49,580 nucleotides of DNA from Leptospiraceae bacterium (GTDB taxonomy: Bacteria > Spirochaetota > Leptospiria > Turneriellales > Turneriellaceae): assembly GCA_020440825.1 (NCBI GenBank), contig JAGRNJ010000011.1:23660-73239 (forward strand), read 5' to 3'. The notes under the pieces are model-generated. The model was given only the letters and a program-made list of their open reading frames with translations. It was not told the origin of the DNA and ran no database searches. Every line of letters begins with the position of its first letter. Within the stretch, counting starts at the first letter, position 1. The translations under genes were made by a program, and so were the position numbers. Below are positions 8,077-17,874 of the stretch, piece after piece.

Positions 8077-11000
8077 ATGGGTATACGCCGCGGTGTAAAT
8101 TTTCCGCTCGATTTTCCCTTCCATCGCCGCACGTTCATACGACCGCATTTATCTGCGGCCCTGCAAAACCTGGGCGAGACAACTTCTTCAAGCCGTCCTG
8201 CGGCTGCCCGGCAATTACTCGCCCTGGTCGATAGAGAAACCAACCAGACCCGCAGTTCCGGCGATTTCATGTCTCTGGGTCTGTTGCAGGAGATCTATAC
8301 CCAGATACTGAGAAAATACTGTAAAGACAATCCATCCGCCTTTACCACTCTATTGCAAACAAACCGTCCTTTGATGGTAAAGTTTCGACACAACTACCCG
8401 GTTGAAGAAACCCGCAATCGTCTATTGACCGATGAAGAATACCTGAATCTGTCAGAATCTTCCGCTTCGTCTATACACGAAACCTTTTTTGAATACCTGT
8501 ATATTTCTGCGATGGAAAAGAACCCGGCAGCGAGAAAATTTTCTGACTTGTTCTCTTCGCCCGATATCAAAAAATCTGCAGAGTTCACCGAATTTCATGA
8601 TCAGGTCGATCATCATTTTGCCGACCAACCCAAGCTGCTGGCAGAAGAGCCTGCTCTTACCGATTTTTTACTGAGACCTATTGAAGCCTCTCCCGACGAT
8701 CTGTATGGCCAGCTGGAATATATTTTTCGCCACTGGTCATCTTTGCTGCCGCAAGAGCTTATGATGCGTATTTTACTCGGGCTAGACCTGATTCGCGAAG
8801 AAAGAAGTGCGCGCGGCGGGGTCACCGGGGTTGATTTGCGCCTGCCTAATTTTACAGACCAGAACCTCTTTCCCGAACACGAGGCCTTTACCGAAGACCG
8901 CGACTGGATGCCGAAAGTAACCCTTATCGCCAAGAGTACCTATGTCTGGCTGTACCAGCTCTCAAAGTCTTATAAGAGCGAAATCAAAACCCTCGATCAG
9001 ATTCCCGATAAAGAACTGGACAAACTTTCCCGCTGGGGGTTTACCGGTTTGTGGCTTATTGGCATCTGGCGGCGAAGCCCGGCAAGTGCGCGTATAAAAA
9101 AATTAGCCGGCAATACCGATGCCATTTCTTCTGCCTATTCACTTTTTAACTATGAAATTGCAGATGAACTGGGCGGAGACCTGGCATGGGAAAATTTGCG
9201 CACCCGCGCCGCGGCACGCGGCATACGGCTGGCCGCCGACATGGTGCCGAATCATACCGGTCTTTACAGCGATCTGGTTTTGCACCATCCTGAAATGTTT
9301 TTGTCGTTGCCCTACTCGCCATTTCCCAACTACCGGTTTGACGGCCCTAACCTGTCAGAAGATCCGAATATTGAAATCAAAATTGAAGATGGCTATTACT
9401 CAAAAAGCGATGCCGCGGTAGTCTTTCGCCGTACTGATCTGAGAAACGGTGAAACACGTTATATTTATCATGGCAATGACGGTACCAGTATGCCGTGGAA
9501 TGACACAGCGCAACTTGATTATCTGAGTCCCGAGACCCGGGAAGAGATTATCCGTCAGATCATGCATGTGGCAGCAAAATTTCAGATCATTCGATTTGAT
9601 GCAGCTATGACTCTCGCCAAAAAACATATCCAGCGTTTATGGCATCCCGAGCCGGGTACGGGCGGAGCGATTCCGTCTCGTTCAGAACATGCCTTGAAAA
9701 CCGAAGACTTTCATAAAAAAATTCCCCATGAATTCTGGAGAGAAGTTGTCGATCGAATCAATGCAGAAATGCCCGACACCCTGTTGCTGGCAGAAGCATT
9801 CTGGATGATGGAAGGGTACTTCGTTAGAACTCTGGGCATGCACCGGGTATACAACTCTGCATTTATGAATATGCTGAAACGGGAAGAGAATAAGAAGTAC
9901 CGGGAATATCTCAAAGAAACCCTCGAGTTTAATCCTGAAATTCTGCGCCGTTATGTGAACTTTATGAGCAATCCCGATGAAGATACGGCAGTGGCACAAT
10001 TTTCAAAAGGGGACAAGTATTTCGGGGTAGCAACCTTAATGGTCACCATGCCGGGCCTGCCAATGTGGGGCCATGGTCAAATCGAAGGGTTTGCAGAAAA
10101 GTATGGGATGGAGTACTCCCGGGCCTACTATGATGAATACCCCGATAACTGGCTGATTGAACGGCATGAACGGGAAATTTTTCCTCTTATGCGCAAACGC
10201 CATCTGTTTGCCGGCGTTGAATATTTCACCTTATATGATTTTGTCGAAAAAAATGGCAGCATCAATGAGAATGTATTTGCCTACAGCAATCGCAGCGGAG
10301 CAGAAAAAGCACTTATTATTTTTAACAATGCATTTGCCGATACCGTTGGCCATATATTGCACTCTGTACCGTTTAACTCTGGCAAAGATGACAGTACCAC
10401 TCTGCGTAAAACCCGATTGCACAAAGCTTTGAATCTGAAAACCGGTTCTGACTGGTTTTTAATTTTTCGAGACGCGAGAGATGGCCAGGAATTCATCCGC
10501 CGATCATCTGAGATTGAATCGAATGGTCTTTTTGTTATGCTGGGCGCTTACGGATTGCATGCCTTCATTGACATGCGGGAAATTCAAGATCACCATGGCT
10601 GGCTTGAAAAACTGTGCCAGAAGCTGAATGGGGGCGGGGTTCCATCCATGGAGAATGCTCTGGCTGATCTGCAATTAGAGCCATTGACCGAACCCCTCAA
10701 AACTTATCTCCCCTTTACCCTGCTCCAGGACACAATTTCTGCATGTGTACCGCACATTGATAAGGTCATGTATGAGAAACCGGCAAAAGAAGCTGCCGAA
10801 GAAATTCTTTCCCGCCACAATTTCAGCGAACGGTTTGAGCGCTCGCGTCTGGCCCTGCTGCCATTTCACGATGCCCACGATGCCCCGGTATTTGATCACG
10901 CTCAGCTGCTTGAAAAGTTTTCAATTTTCATTTCCTGTTTGCGACAAATGCAGCCTGAGCATCTCAATCAATTAGACCAGCTTGCCGCAAAGTTTTTACA

Positions 11001-11607
11001 GGCTCAATACTCAAAACGCACGTTTGATTATCCTTACGAATTCTGGCGCATTCCGCTTTTGACTTTTTTCAGCAGCCTGCATGAGAACATTTTAACCGGC
11101 CCACTGACTGCAAAAGCGTGGCTGCCAATTTTGAAACGCATTCTGGCTAAGCTTGGTGCCCATGAGAGCCAGGCAGCCTGGGAAGCAAAACTGATATTGA
11201 CACTCACAGAAATAAGAGGAATTCTTGACCAGGTTCCAGCCGGAGCTGAACCAGATTTTCTGCAGGTATTTACCTGCAATCGAGCAAGAGAATTTATTTC
11301 AGTACATGCTCATCGTGAAGTTCTGTTTTTTCACAAAGAAAGTGGCGAACTGCTGGCCTATTGGGTTTTTCATCTATTGGTGAGTTTGACTATCACAGAC
11401 TCCCAGAATCTGGCGAGAATTTCAGAATTTCATCAAAGTATTGAAAAAATGATTCAAGCGATGGGTGAGTCTGAATACAAATTCAATGAATGGCTTGCCT
11501 CTATTGAAGAAAACATACAGAAATATATTCCTGCTAAAAGCAACCTCGAAAAAAAAAGCAAAGGAAAATTGAGTGAAAAAAAGCAAAAGCCCGAACAAAA
11601 AAAATAA
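8077..11607 (+). CDS. Large glycoside hydrolase family 13 (alpha-amylase family) protein with ~600 aa of additional C-terminal domains
   Basis: The four GH13 conserved regions are present: DMVPNHTG (region I), IIRFDAAMTL (region II, nucleophile Asp), LLLAEAFW (region III, Glu) and FMSNPDED (region IV). The start is uncertain, with alternative in-frame Met downstream. Confidence 0.7.
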   Translation: MGIRRGVNFPLDFPFHRRTFIRPHLSAALQNLGETTSSSRPAAARQLLALVDRETNQTRSSGDFMSLGLLQEIYTQILRKYCKDNPSAFTTLLQTNRPLMVKFRHNYPVEETRNRLLTDEEYLNLSESSASSIHETFFEYLYISAMEKNPAARKFSDLFSSPDIKKSAEFTEFHDQVDHHFADQPKLLAEEPALTDFLLRPIEASPDDLYGQLEYIFRHWSSLLPQELMMRILLGLDLIREERSARGGVTGVDLRLPNFTDQNLFPEHEAFTEDRDWMPKVTLIAKSTYVWLYQLSKSYKSEIKTLDQIPDKELDKLSRWGFTGLWLIGIWRRSPASARIKKLAGNTDAISSAYSLFNYEIADELGGDLAWENLRTRAAARGIRLAADMVPNHTGLYSDLVLHHPEMFLSLPYSPFPNYRFDGPNLSEDPNIEIKIEDGYYSKSDAAVVFRRTDLRNGETRYIYHGNDGTSMPWNDTAQLDYLSPETREEIIRQIMHVAAKFQIIRFDAAMTLAKKHIQRLWHPEPGTGGAIPSRSEHALKTEDFHKKIPHEFWREVVDRINAEMPDTLLLAEAFWMMEGYFVRTLGMHRVYNSAFMNMLKREENKKYREYLKETLEFNPEILRRYVNFMSNPDEDTAVAQFSKGDKYFGVATLMVTMPGLPMWGHGQIEGFAEKYGMEYSRAYYDEYPDNWLIERHEREIFPLMRKRHLFAGVEYFTLYDFVEKNGSINENVFAYSNRSGAEKALIIFNNAFADTVGHILHSVPFNSGKDDSTTLRKTRLHKALNLKTGSDWFLIFRDARDGQEFIRRSSEIESNGLFVMLGAYGLHAFIDMREIQDHHGWLEKLCQKLNGGGVPSMENALADLQLEPLTEPLKTYLPFTLLQDTISACVPHIDKVMYEKPAKEAAEEILSRHNFSERFERSRLALLPFHDAHDAPVFDHAQLLEKFSIFISCLRQMQPEHLNQLDQLAAKFLQAQYSKRTFDYPYEFWRIPLLTFFSSLHENILTGPLTAKAWLPILKRILAKLGAHESQAAWEAKLILTLTEIRGILDQVPAGAEPDFLQVFTCNRAREFISVHAHREVLFFHKESGELLAYWVFHLLVSLTITDSQNLARISEFHQSIEKMIQAMGESEYKFNEWLASIEENIQKYIPAKSNLEKKSKGKLSEKKQKPEQKK

Positions 11608-13030
11608 CAGGTTTTATCCCCGGGAAGAATGCGGAATCGCCGGTGTTTATAATATTCCTGAAGCGGCAAACTTTGCCTATCTGGGTATCTATGCTCTGCA
11701 ACACAGGGGGCAGGAAAGTGCCGGTATTGTCTCTACCGACAGCCAGTTGCTGTATCGCTATGCGGGCATGGGCAAAGTCAATGATGTTTTTAATTCTGCC
11801 AAACTCAAGCAATTGACCGGACATATGGCCATTGCTCACAACCGTTACAGCACAACCGGCGCAAGTTTTTTACGAAATGCACAGCCTATTCGATTTGAAT
11901 CCCGTTTGGGTACCTTATCCCTCGCTCACAATGGCAACCTTACCAATGCCTGGAATCTCAGAAAACAGCTTGAGCAATCGGGCTCGATCTTTCAGACGAC
12001 AGTCGACAGCGAAGTGATTGGCCATCTTCTGGCAAAATCATCTGCAGATAACTTTGAAGGGGCATTGATCGAGTCGCTCTGTAAAATAAAAGGAGCCTAC
12101 TCGCTCCTGCTCATGACCCGGGATGCAATGTATGCAGTGCGTGACCCGCATGGTTTTCGCCCGCTTGCTCTCGGCCGAAAAGATGACGGCTGGGTAGTCG
12201 CATCTGAGACCTGCGCTCTGGATATCATGGATGCAACCTATGAACGGGATGTTCAACCTGGTGAAATGCTGATTTTTGATAAGAGCGGGGTGCGCTCTGT
12301 CTTCCCGTTTGAAAAATCAACCCAGAACCTGTGCATTTTTGAATTTATTTATTTTTCACGGCCTGACTCTATGATCTTTGAACAATCGGTTTATAATGTG
12401 AGAATTGAACTGGGCAAAATACTGGCCCGGGAAGCACCGGTCGAAGCAGATATCGTGATTTCCGTTCCCGATTCTTCAAATGTTGCTGCATTGGGATATT
12501 CCCGCGAAAGCGGAATTCCCTACCATATGGGTCTGATTCGCTCCCACTATATTGGCCGTACCTTTATTGAGCCAGACCAGAAAATTCGGGACTTTGGGGC
12601 AAAAATTAAATACAATGCAATTGCAAGTGTTGTTTCAGGTAAACGGGTGATAGTGGTGGATGACTCAATTATGCGCGGAACGACCCAGCGCAAGATCGTG
12701 ACCATGCTAAAGACAGCCGGTGCCAAAGAAATTCATGTTCGCATCACAAGCTCTATGACCAAATATGCATGCTATTACGGAATTGATATACCCAGCCACT
12801 CTGAACTGATAGCCTCTTCTCACACGCTCGAAGAAATACGCAAATACTTGCGGGTGAACTCCATCGCTTATTTGTCAATTGATGGCATGGAACAGGCCGC
12901 AGGCAAACAGCGAAATTACTGCAATGCATGTTTCTCGGGCAACTATCCTGTCCCGCTCGGCGAGATGGAAGCCGAGTCGTATTCGAATCAGAAAAATCTG
13001 TTTGAAGAATATGGCGTCGAAGAGCATTGA
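11573..13030 (+). CDS. purF: Amidophosphoribosyltransferase with an N-terminal propeptide
   Basis: The catalytic CGIAGVY follows a Lys-rich 19-aa leader. A Gn-II glutaminase domain and a PRTase domain (VVDDSIMRGTT) are present, with Cys ligands for a 4Fe-4S cluster near the C-terminus. It overlaps the upstream GH13 gene by 35 nt. Confidence 0.9.
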   Translation: MKKSKSPNKKNNRFYPREECGIAGVYNIPEAANFAYLGIYALQHRGQESAGIVSTDSQLLYRYAGMGKVNDVFNSAKLKQLTGHMAIAHNRYSTTGASFLRNAQPIRFESRLGTLSLAHNGNLTNAWNLRKQLEQSGSIFQTTVDSEVIGHLLAKSSADNFEGALIESLCKIKGAYSLLLMTRDAMYAVRDPHGFRPLALGRKDDGWVVASETCALDIMDATYERDVQPGEMLIFDKSGVRSVFPFEKSTQNLCIFEFIYFSRPDSMIFEQSVYNVRIELGKILAREAPVEADIVISVPDSSNVAALGYSRESGIPYHMGLIRSHYIGRTFIEPDQKIRDFGAKIKYNAIASVVSGKRVIVVDDSIMRGTTQRKIVTMLKTAGAKEIHVRITSSMTKYACYYGIDIPSHSELIASSHTLEEIRKYLRVNSIAYLSIDGMEQAAGKQRNYCNACFSGNYPVPLGEMEAESYSNQKNLFEEYGVEEH

Positions 13031-14159
13031 TCAAAACGTCACTGAAATTCTGATCTCTGCCGGGGAACTTTCGGGAGATACTCTGGCGGCTGAAATTCTC
13101 AGTGAGCTGCAAAAAATAAAACCCAAAAGCTCTAAGGCTGTAAACTATCACTTTTTTGGCAACACAGGGCCTGCATTGCGGGTAGCCAATGTTGAAAAAA
13201 TTCACGACATTGAAGAACTGTCTGTAGTGGGTCTGCTCGAAATTGCAAAAGAGTACCGGCGTCTGTCAAAAATTTTAGATAATCTGGTTGAATTGTGCAT
13301 TGCCCGTAAGGTTAAACTGGCTATCTTAATCGACTTCCCGGGTTTTCATCTCAAACTGGGCCGCAAACTGAAAGCACATGGCATACCCACCGTTCTGGTT
13401 TCATCGCCGCAAATCTGGGGTTGGCGCTATAAACGCATAGAAAAAATTCGGCAAAGCATTCAAACGGTACTGTGTTTTTATCCGTTTGAAGAAGATATCT
13501 ATCTGCGCGAGGGGGTAAACGGACAGTATGTTGGTCATCCGCTTATTCCAAAGATTCTCAAAGCCCGAAAAGAATTTCCAGTCAAAAAAGAAAAAAACTT
13601 AATCGCTCTGTTGCCCGGTTCGAGAAAATCAGAAATTTTAAGACTCATGCCGGCCATGCTTGACACAGTCAATGTACTGCAAGAGCAGGGAAAAAACTGG
13701 AAGTATGAGATTGCGGTCGCCCATGATGGGGCCCGACGAATACTGCAGCAGTTTGAACTGCCCCCCAAAGTGATTCTCTCGAAGAGGCCGACCTATGCTT
13801 TGCTGAGCCGGGCAAATTCTGCACTGGCCTGCAGCGGTACTGTGACACTTGAGTGTGCTTATTTTCAAACACCTTTTCTACTCATGTACTCTGCGAATGC
13901 ACTGACGGCCTGGTTGGCACGCAAAATTATGACAATTCCTTATCTCGGCATTGTCAATGCTGTCCTGGGCCGTTTTGCCACCGCAGAGTTTTTACAGGAA
14001 GAAATTATTGCAGAGCATATGGCATCAGAACTTATTCGTCTGCAAGAGAGTAAAAACCGTCGAGCTTCAATGTTGGCTGACTTTCAGTTGGTTGAGAAGA
14101 AGATGGGATCGGGCAAGGCAGCCACACTGGCTGCCCGAGCGATTCATTCCCTTCTTTAA
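13011..14159 (+). CDS. lpxB: Lipid-A-disaccharide synthase
   Basis: The LpxB N-terminus reads ILISAGELSGDTLAAEIL, with the GT-B fold through to the C-terminus. The likely start is the Met at 13011 (MASKSIDQ...) inside the longer ORF that begins at 12879. It overlaps the purF end by 20 nt. Confidence 0.85.
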   Translation: MASKSIDQNVTEILISAGELSGDTLAAEILSELQKIKPKSSKAVNYHFFGNTGPALRVANVEKIHDIEELSVVGLLEIAKEYRRLSKILDNLVELCIARKVKLAILIDFPGFHLKLGRKLKAHGIPTVLVSSPQIWGWRYKRIEKIRQSIQTVLCFYPFEEDIYLREGVNGQYVGHPLIPKILKARKEFPVKKEKNLIALLPGSRKSEILRLMPAMLDTVNVLQEQGKNWKYEIAVAHDGARRILQQFELPPKVILSKRPTYALLSRANSALACSGTVTLECAYFQTPFLLMYSANALTAWLARKIMTIPYLGIVNAVLGRFATAEFLQEEIIAEHMASELIRLQESKNRRASMLADFQLVEKKMGSGKAATLAARAIHSLL

Positions 14160-14194
14160 TTCAGTTTTCTGCTTTTGAGAACAAGAAAAGCAAT

Positions 14195-15139
14195 TTATGA
14201 ATGCTGCTCTTCTAACCAGCGTTCAGCCTCGATTGCAGCCATACATCCGCTGCCGGCAGCCGTAATTGCCTGACGATAATAGGAATCTTGCACGTCACCA
14301 CAGGCGAATACCCCTTCCAGTGAAGTTTTTGTTTTTCCCGGTTCAGTAAGAATGTACTTTTGGGCATCCATTTTCAGTTTTCCCTCAAACATTTTTGTAT
14401 TGGGATCATGACCAATGGCAATAAACAGACCCTGGACGGGAAAGTCACTGATTTCACCGGTTTTCGTGTCTTTCAATTTCACACCGGCAACGGTGCCGGT
14501 TTTTTCATCCCCATAAACAGAATCAACCTCGGTGAATGTCTTGATCTCAATTTTGGGATTGTTTCGGGCACGGTCTACCATGATTTTGCTGGCACGGAAC
14601 TCATCGCGGCGGTGTAAAATCGTAACTTTTGTGGCAAACTTGGTTAAGAAATTAGCTTCTTCCATGGCACTGTCTCCGCCCCCGACTACCGCAACCTCTT
14701 TGCCCCGAAAGAAAAAGCCGTCGCAGGTGGCACAGGCAGAAACGCCTTTGCCTTTGAATGCCAGTTCAGAGGGAATACCCAGAAAACGTGCAGAAGCTCC
14801 GGTTGCGATAATTATGGCATCAGCAGAATACCAGGTTTCGCTGCTGCGAACCTTGAACGGCTTCTGGTCAAATACAACCTCGTCTGCCAGTTTTGTTTCG
14901 AGAGTTGCACCGAAGCGGGCAGCCTGTTTCCTGAACAGTTCCATCATATCGGGACCCATGATTCCTTCAGGAAAGCCCGGGAAATTCTCGACATCACTGG
15001 TGATCATCAACTGACCACCACGCTCTATGCCCTCTAATACCAGGGTATTGAGGTTTGCCCGGCCGGCATAAACTGCGGCAGTATAACCGGCAGGGCCAGA
15101 GCCTATAATAATCACATCATAATGTTTAACTTCACTCAT
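14195..15139 (-). CDS. trxB: Thioredoxin-disulfide reductase
   Basis: It has the FAD site GSGPAGYTAA, the redox-active CATCDG motif and an NADPH site; the length is 314 aa. Confidence 0.95.
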   Translation of the reverse strand: MSEVKHYDVIIIGSGPAGYTAAVYAGRANLNTLVLEGIERGGQLMITSDVENFPGFPEGIMGPDMMELFRKQAARFGATLETKLADEVVFDQKPFKVRSSETWYSADAIIIATGASARFLGIPSELAFKGKGVSACATCDGFFFRGKEVAVVGGGDSAMEEANFLTKFATKVTILHRRDEFRASKIMVDRARNNPKIEIKTFTEVDSVYGDEKTGTVAGVKLKDTKTGEISDFPVQGLFIAIGHDPNTKMFEGKLKMDAQKYILTEPGKTKTSLEGVFACGDVQDSYYRQAITAAGSGCMAAIEAERWLEEQHS

Positions 15140-15287
15140 ATCAGCATAATAACAAAATTTTTAGATTCTGTCTAAAGAAACTCTCAAAAAATGAGGTCTG
15201 CACAGCTGTAAGAACGAAAGTCGAAGACGTCTTATTTTACGGTTTTAAAAAAGCTTGCCTTCCTATAAGGGGTATTGACACGGAACC

Positions 15288-15671
15288 ATGGACATCAGTT
15301 CGCTGGTATCTCTCACCTCTGAAGTTGAGAAAATCAATGGCGAAAAGGTTTTGCTCATTCACTTTTCGGGAAAAATCACCAGCGACAATATTATGGAGAT
15401 TAACCAGAAAATTAAGCATTTATTCGAAAATGCAATCTATAATGTCATCTTGAATATCAGTGAATTGCATTATCTGAACAGTACAGGTATTGCCATGCTG
15501 CTGACCATTGCCAAGACAATTGAACAGAACAATGGCAATCTGGTCATGACCCGCCCTTCTGCATTTGTTCGAGATCTGCTTGATATGACAGACCTTCTCT
15601 CGAGATTTACGATTCGGGAAAATATAGAACAGGCTCGGGAATCTCTCAAGTCTAAACTGGAAGCAGTGTGA
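15288..15671 (+). CDS. STAS-domain anti-sigma-factor antagonist
   Basis: The 127-aa STAS fold includes the phosphorylatable-serine segment NISELHYLNSTGIAMLL. Confidence 0.7.
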   Translation: MDISSLVSLTSEVEKINGEKVLLIHFSGKITSDNIMEINQKIKHLFENAIYNVILNISELHYLNSTGIAMLLTIAKTIEQNNGNLVMTRPSAFVRDLLDMTDLLSRFTIRENIEQARESLKSKLEAV

Positions 15672-15696
15672 AACCTCGACGAAAACTTTCGCTATA

Positions 15697-16206
15697 ATGA
15701 TCGAATCCCAGAAATTCTTTACCTCCCACAAATTTGAGGCACGCGAACTGCCACCAGAATGGGAGTTTTATGAACAATGGCTGGCAAAACTGCATCTGAC
15801 CGCGGGCCAGAAGAACTGGCCCAAACCTTTGCACAGTTTACAGAACATTGATGCTGTATATTTTATTCTGGTCAATTCAGAAGAGATGAGAAAGCTGAAT
15901 CTGTCTTATGCCGAAAAGGATTCTGCGACCGATGTGCTTACTTTTCACTATGAACCACAATTCAAAGGTGACCAGAATGTTGTCGAAATCTACATCTGTC
16001 TTGAAATTGCCATTCAACAGGCCAGCCAGCATAAAACAGATTTATCAGGAGAGCTGGCATTGCTGAGTGTACATGGTCTTATCCATGCCTGTGGCATTGA
16101 TCACGAACAGTCAGAAATTGAAATGCAGCTCACTCGCAATCTGGAACGCGAAGTATTAAATTTAACCGGTCTTCCTCAAGTACCGGCCCTTTCTGAGTAC
16201 GAATAA
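15697..16206 (+). CDS. ybeY: rRNA maturation endoribonuclease YbeY
   Basis: It carries the metal-binding motif HGLIHACGIDHE and sits in the conserved ybeY-corC neighbourhood. Confidence 0.85.
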   Translation: MIESQKFFTSHKFEARELPPEWEFYEQWLAKLHLTAGQKNWPKPLHSLQNIDAVYFILVNSEEMRKLNLSYAEKDSATDVLTFHYEPQFKGDQNVVEIYICLEIAIQQASQHKTDLSGELALLSVHGLIHACGIDHEQSEIEMQLTRNLEREVLNLTGLPQVPALSEYE

Positions 16207-17094
16207 ATGGAAAGCGACAGTCAAAGCCCAAACGAAACAGAAATAGACCGCTCGAACGGTATTAAAAATTTTCTCGCCCGCCTTTTTGCCCGTGAAGAAG
16301 AAACGCTGCGCGAACAATTGCAAAGATTTTTTGATGATCAGGAACTGCGCATCAATAATGACCAGTTGCAGATGATTGAAGGTGTACTCAGTCTGGTCGA
16401 TAAGCGGGCAGAGAATATCAAGGTTCCCTCACCCCGTATGGTTTCTTTACCGGTAACCATCAACCGTGCAGATCTGGAAAATATTTTACGCAAGAGCGGC
16501 CATACCCGATTTCCGGTCTATACCGATAAAGACGGTCTGCGGGATTATGTTGGCATTTTACATGTAAAAGATTTGTTGCCCTTTCTTATGAAAGGCGGAA
16601 AAAAAATTGTTCTCAAAGATATTGTGCGTAAACTGCTGGTTGTACCTGAAAATCAGACTTTGCTTTCGCTGATGCGTACGATGCGTCAGAAGAAATTTCA
16701 TATGGCGTTGACAGTCAATGAACATGGGGATGTATCTGGTCTGGTAACCCTTGAAGATATTCTTGAAGAAATTGTTGGCGATATTTTAGATGAACATGAT
16801 AACCGCTCAAACGACATTAAAGAAATAGGGCTTAGAATCTACAGGGTGGATGCCATGCTGCCATTGAACGAAGTGAACCAGCGCATCGCCCTCAACCTGC
16901 CCGAAGAGAAGTTCAATACTCTGGCCGGTTTTTTACTGCACCAGCTCAAAGGTGATGTTGCAGAAAACCGGGAAATTCGCTATGGCAGTGTAAATTTCAG
17001 ACTTGAAAAAGTCTCAGGACAGCAGATCAAGAATGTGATTGTTGAACTGGATGTTCCCTCAGCAAATGCGGGCAATAATACTGCAACGTCGTGA
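16207..17094 (+). CDS. corC: CBS-pair plus CorC/HlyC transporter-associated domain protein
   Basis: The 295-aa product has tandem CBS domains and a C-terminal CorC_HlyC domain. It lies immediately downstream of ybeY. Confidence 0.8.
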   Translation: MESDSQSPNETEIDRSNGIKNFLARLFAREEETLREQLQRFFDDQELRINNDQLQMIEGVLSLVDKRAENIKVPSPRMVSLPVTINRADLENILRKSGHTRFPVYTDKDGLRDYVGILHVKDLLPFLMKGGKKIVLKDIVRKLLVVPENQTLLSLMRTMRQKKFHMALTVNEHGDVSGLVTLEDILEEIVGDILDEHDNRSNDIKEIGLRIYRVDAMLPLNEVNQRIALNLPEEKFNTLAGFLLHQLKGDVAENREIRYGSVNFRLEKVSGQQIKNVIVELDVPSANAGNNTATS

Positions 17095-17752
17095 AGACAA
17101 AGGCGAGTCTCTGCTGCTCGACTGTCTCACCGAAGAAAACCAGTTACTGCGGGTACGCATACCCGGCATCTTGAAATCAAAAAAAAGAAGTGCCTATTTC
17201 TATTTCCCGGGTTCATTGTGGGATTTCACCCTTACCTCGGTAAAAGATAATTTTGCAATTCCCAAAGAAAGCAATCTGATCTCTGAACCGGTGGGCATGA
17301 ATCCCGATTATGAATCTCAAGTGAATCTTGCCAAACTTCTCGAACCGGTCAGAATCGTACACTTCTGGCAGAGCAGTGAAGGTTTTTTTGATCTGCTGCA
17401 GAAAACATTGGCAAACTGGTCGGGGTTGAGCAAAAATGAGCAAAGAAAATTTATCTTTGCCGTAACCTTACAGTCTGCACTGGCAGAGGGTGTTTTATCT
17501 TTAGAAACAGAATGTTCCCGCTGTGGTCGCGAGTCAGAACTGGGAATTTATCGGCCCGAAGAAGGGAACGTTTGCGAGTGCTGTGCCAGCCAAAATGAAA
17601 CCGAGCAGAATGCCGCATATTCTGATGTCGCAAAACTGCTCAATGCATTTGATGACGAACCTGACCTTGTGCTGCCGTCTGAAGAATATCGACAGAAACT
17701 ATTGAACATACTGCGTCATGAGCAGAACTTTGGTTCAGCGAGAAAATTCTAA
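17039..17752 (+). CDS. recO: DNA repair protein RecO
   Basis: The N-terminal OB-fold segment RAIILQRREDKGESLLLDCLTEENQLLRVRIPG matches the RecO consensus. There is a C-terminal C4 zinc motif CSRCG...CECC, as in Thermus and Deinococcus RecO. The true start may be the Met at 17066. Confidence 0.65.
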   Translation: MLNWMFPQQMRAIILQRREDKGESLLLDCLTEENQLLRVRIPGILKSKKRSAYFYFPGSLWDFTLTSVKDNFAIPKESNLISEPVGMNPDYESQVNLAKLLEPVRIVHFWQSSEGFFDLLQKTLANWSGLSKNEQRKFIFAVTLQSALAEGVLSLETECSRCGRESELGIYRPEEGNVCECCASQNETEQNAAYSDVAKLLNAFDDEPDLVLPSEEYRQKLLNILRHEQNFGSARKF

Positions 17753-17762
17753 CTTAATGAAT

Positions 17763-17817
17763 CTCTGAAAAAGTGCTTAGAGGGACTTTTTCAGAGGCTA
17801 CTTAAGTAACTTTTTTT
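17763..17817 (+). terminator. Candidate rho-independent terminator downstream of recO
   Basis: A perfect 12-bp stem (CTCTGAAAAAGT / ACTTTTTCAGAG) closes a 10-nt loop. After a 14-nt spacer containing the palindrome TACTTAAGTA comes a T7 tract at 17811-17817. Confidence 0.45.
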
Positions 17818-17874
17818 GAATCTGAATCCTGGTAAATATTCACAACCTTTTCTAAAAATATTCGTCAGAAAGAT

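Noticed and set aside
11573-11607. The purF/GH13 overlap as a possible frameshift or fusion artefact
   Set aside because: The two reading frames differ. The purF leader before the catalytic Cys resembles known PurF propeptides, and the GH13 ORF has its own stop. This is treated as a genuine overlap.
14160-14194. Small hairpin GCTTTT(N9)AAAAGC between convergent lpxB and trxB, considered as a bidirectional terminator
   Set aside because: The stem is only 6 bp and AT-rich, and there is no flanking U-tract on either strand. It is too weak to call.
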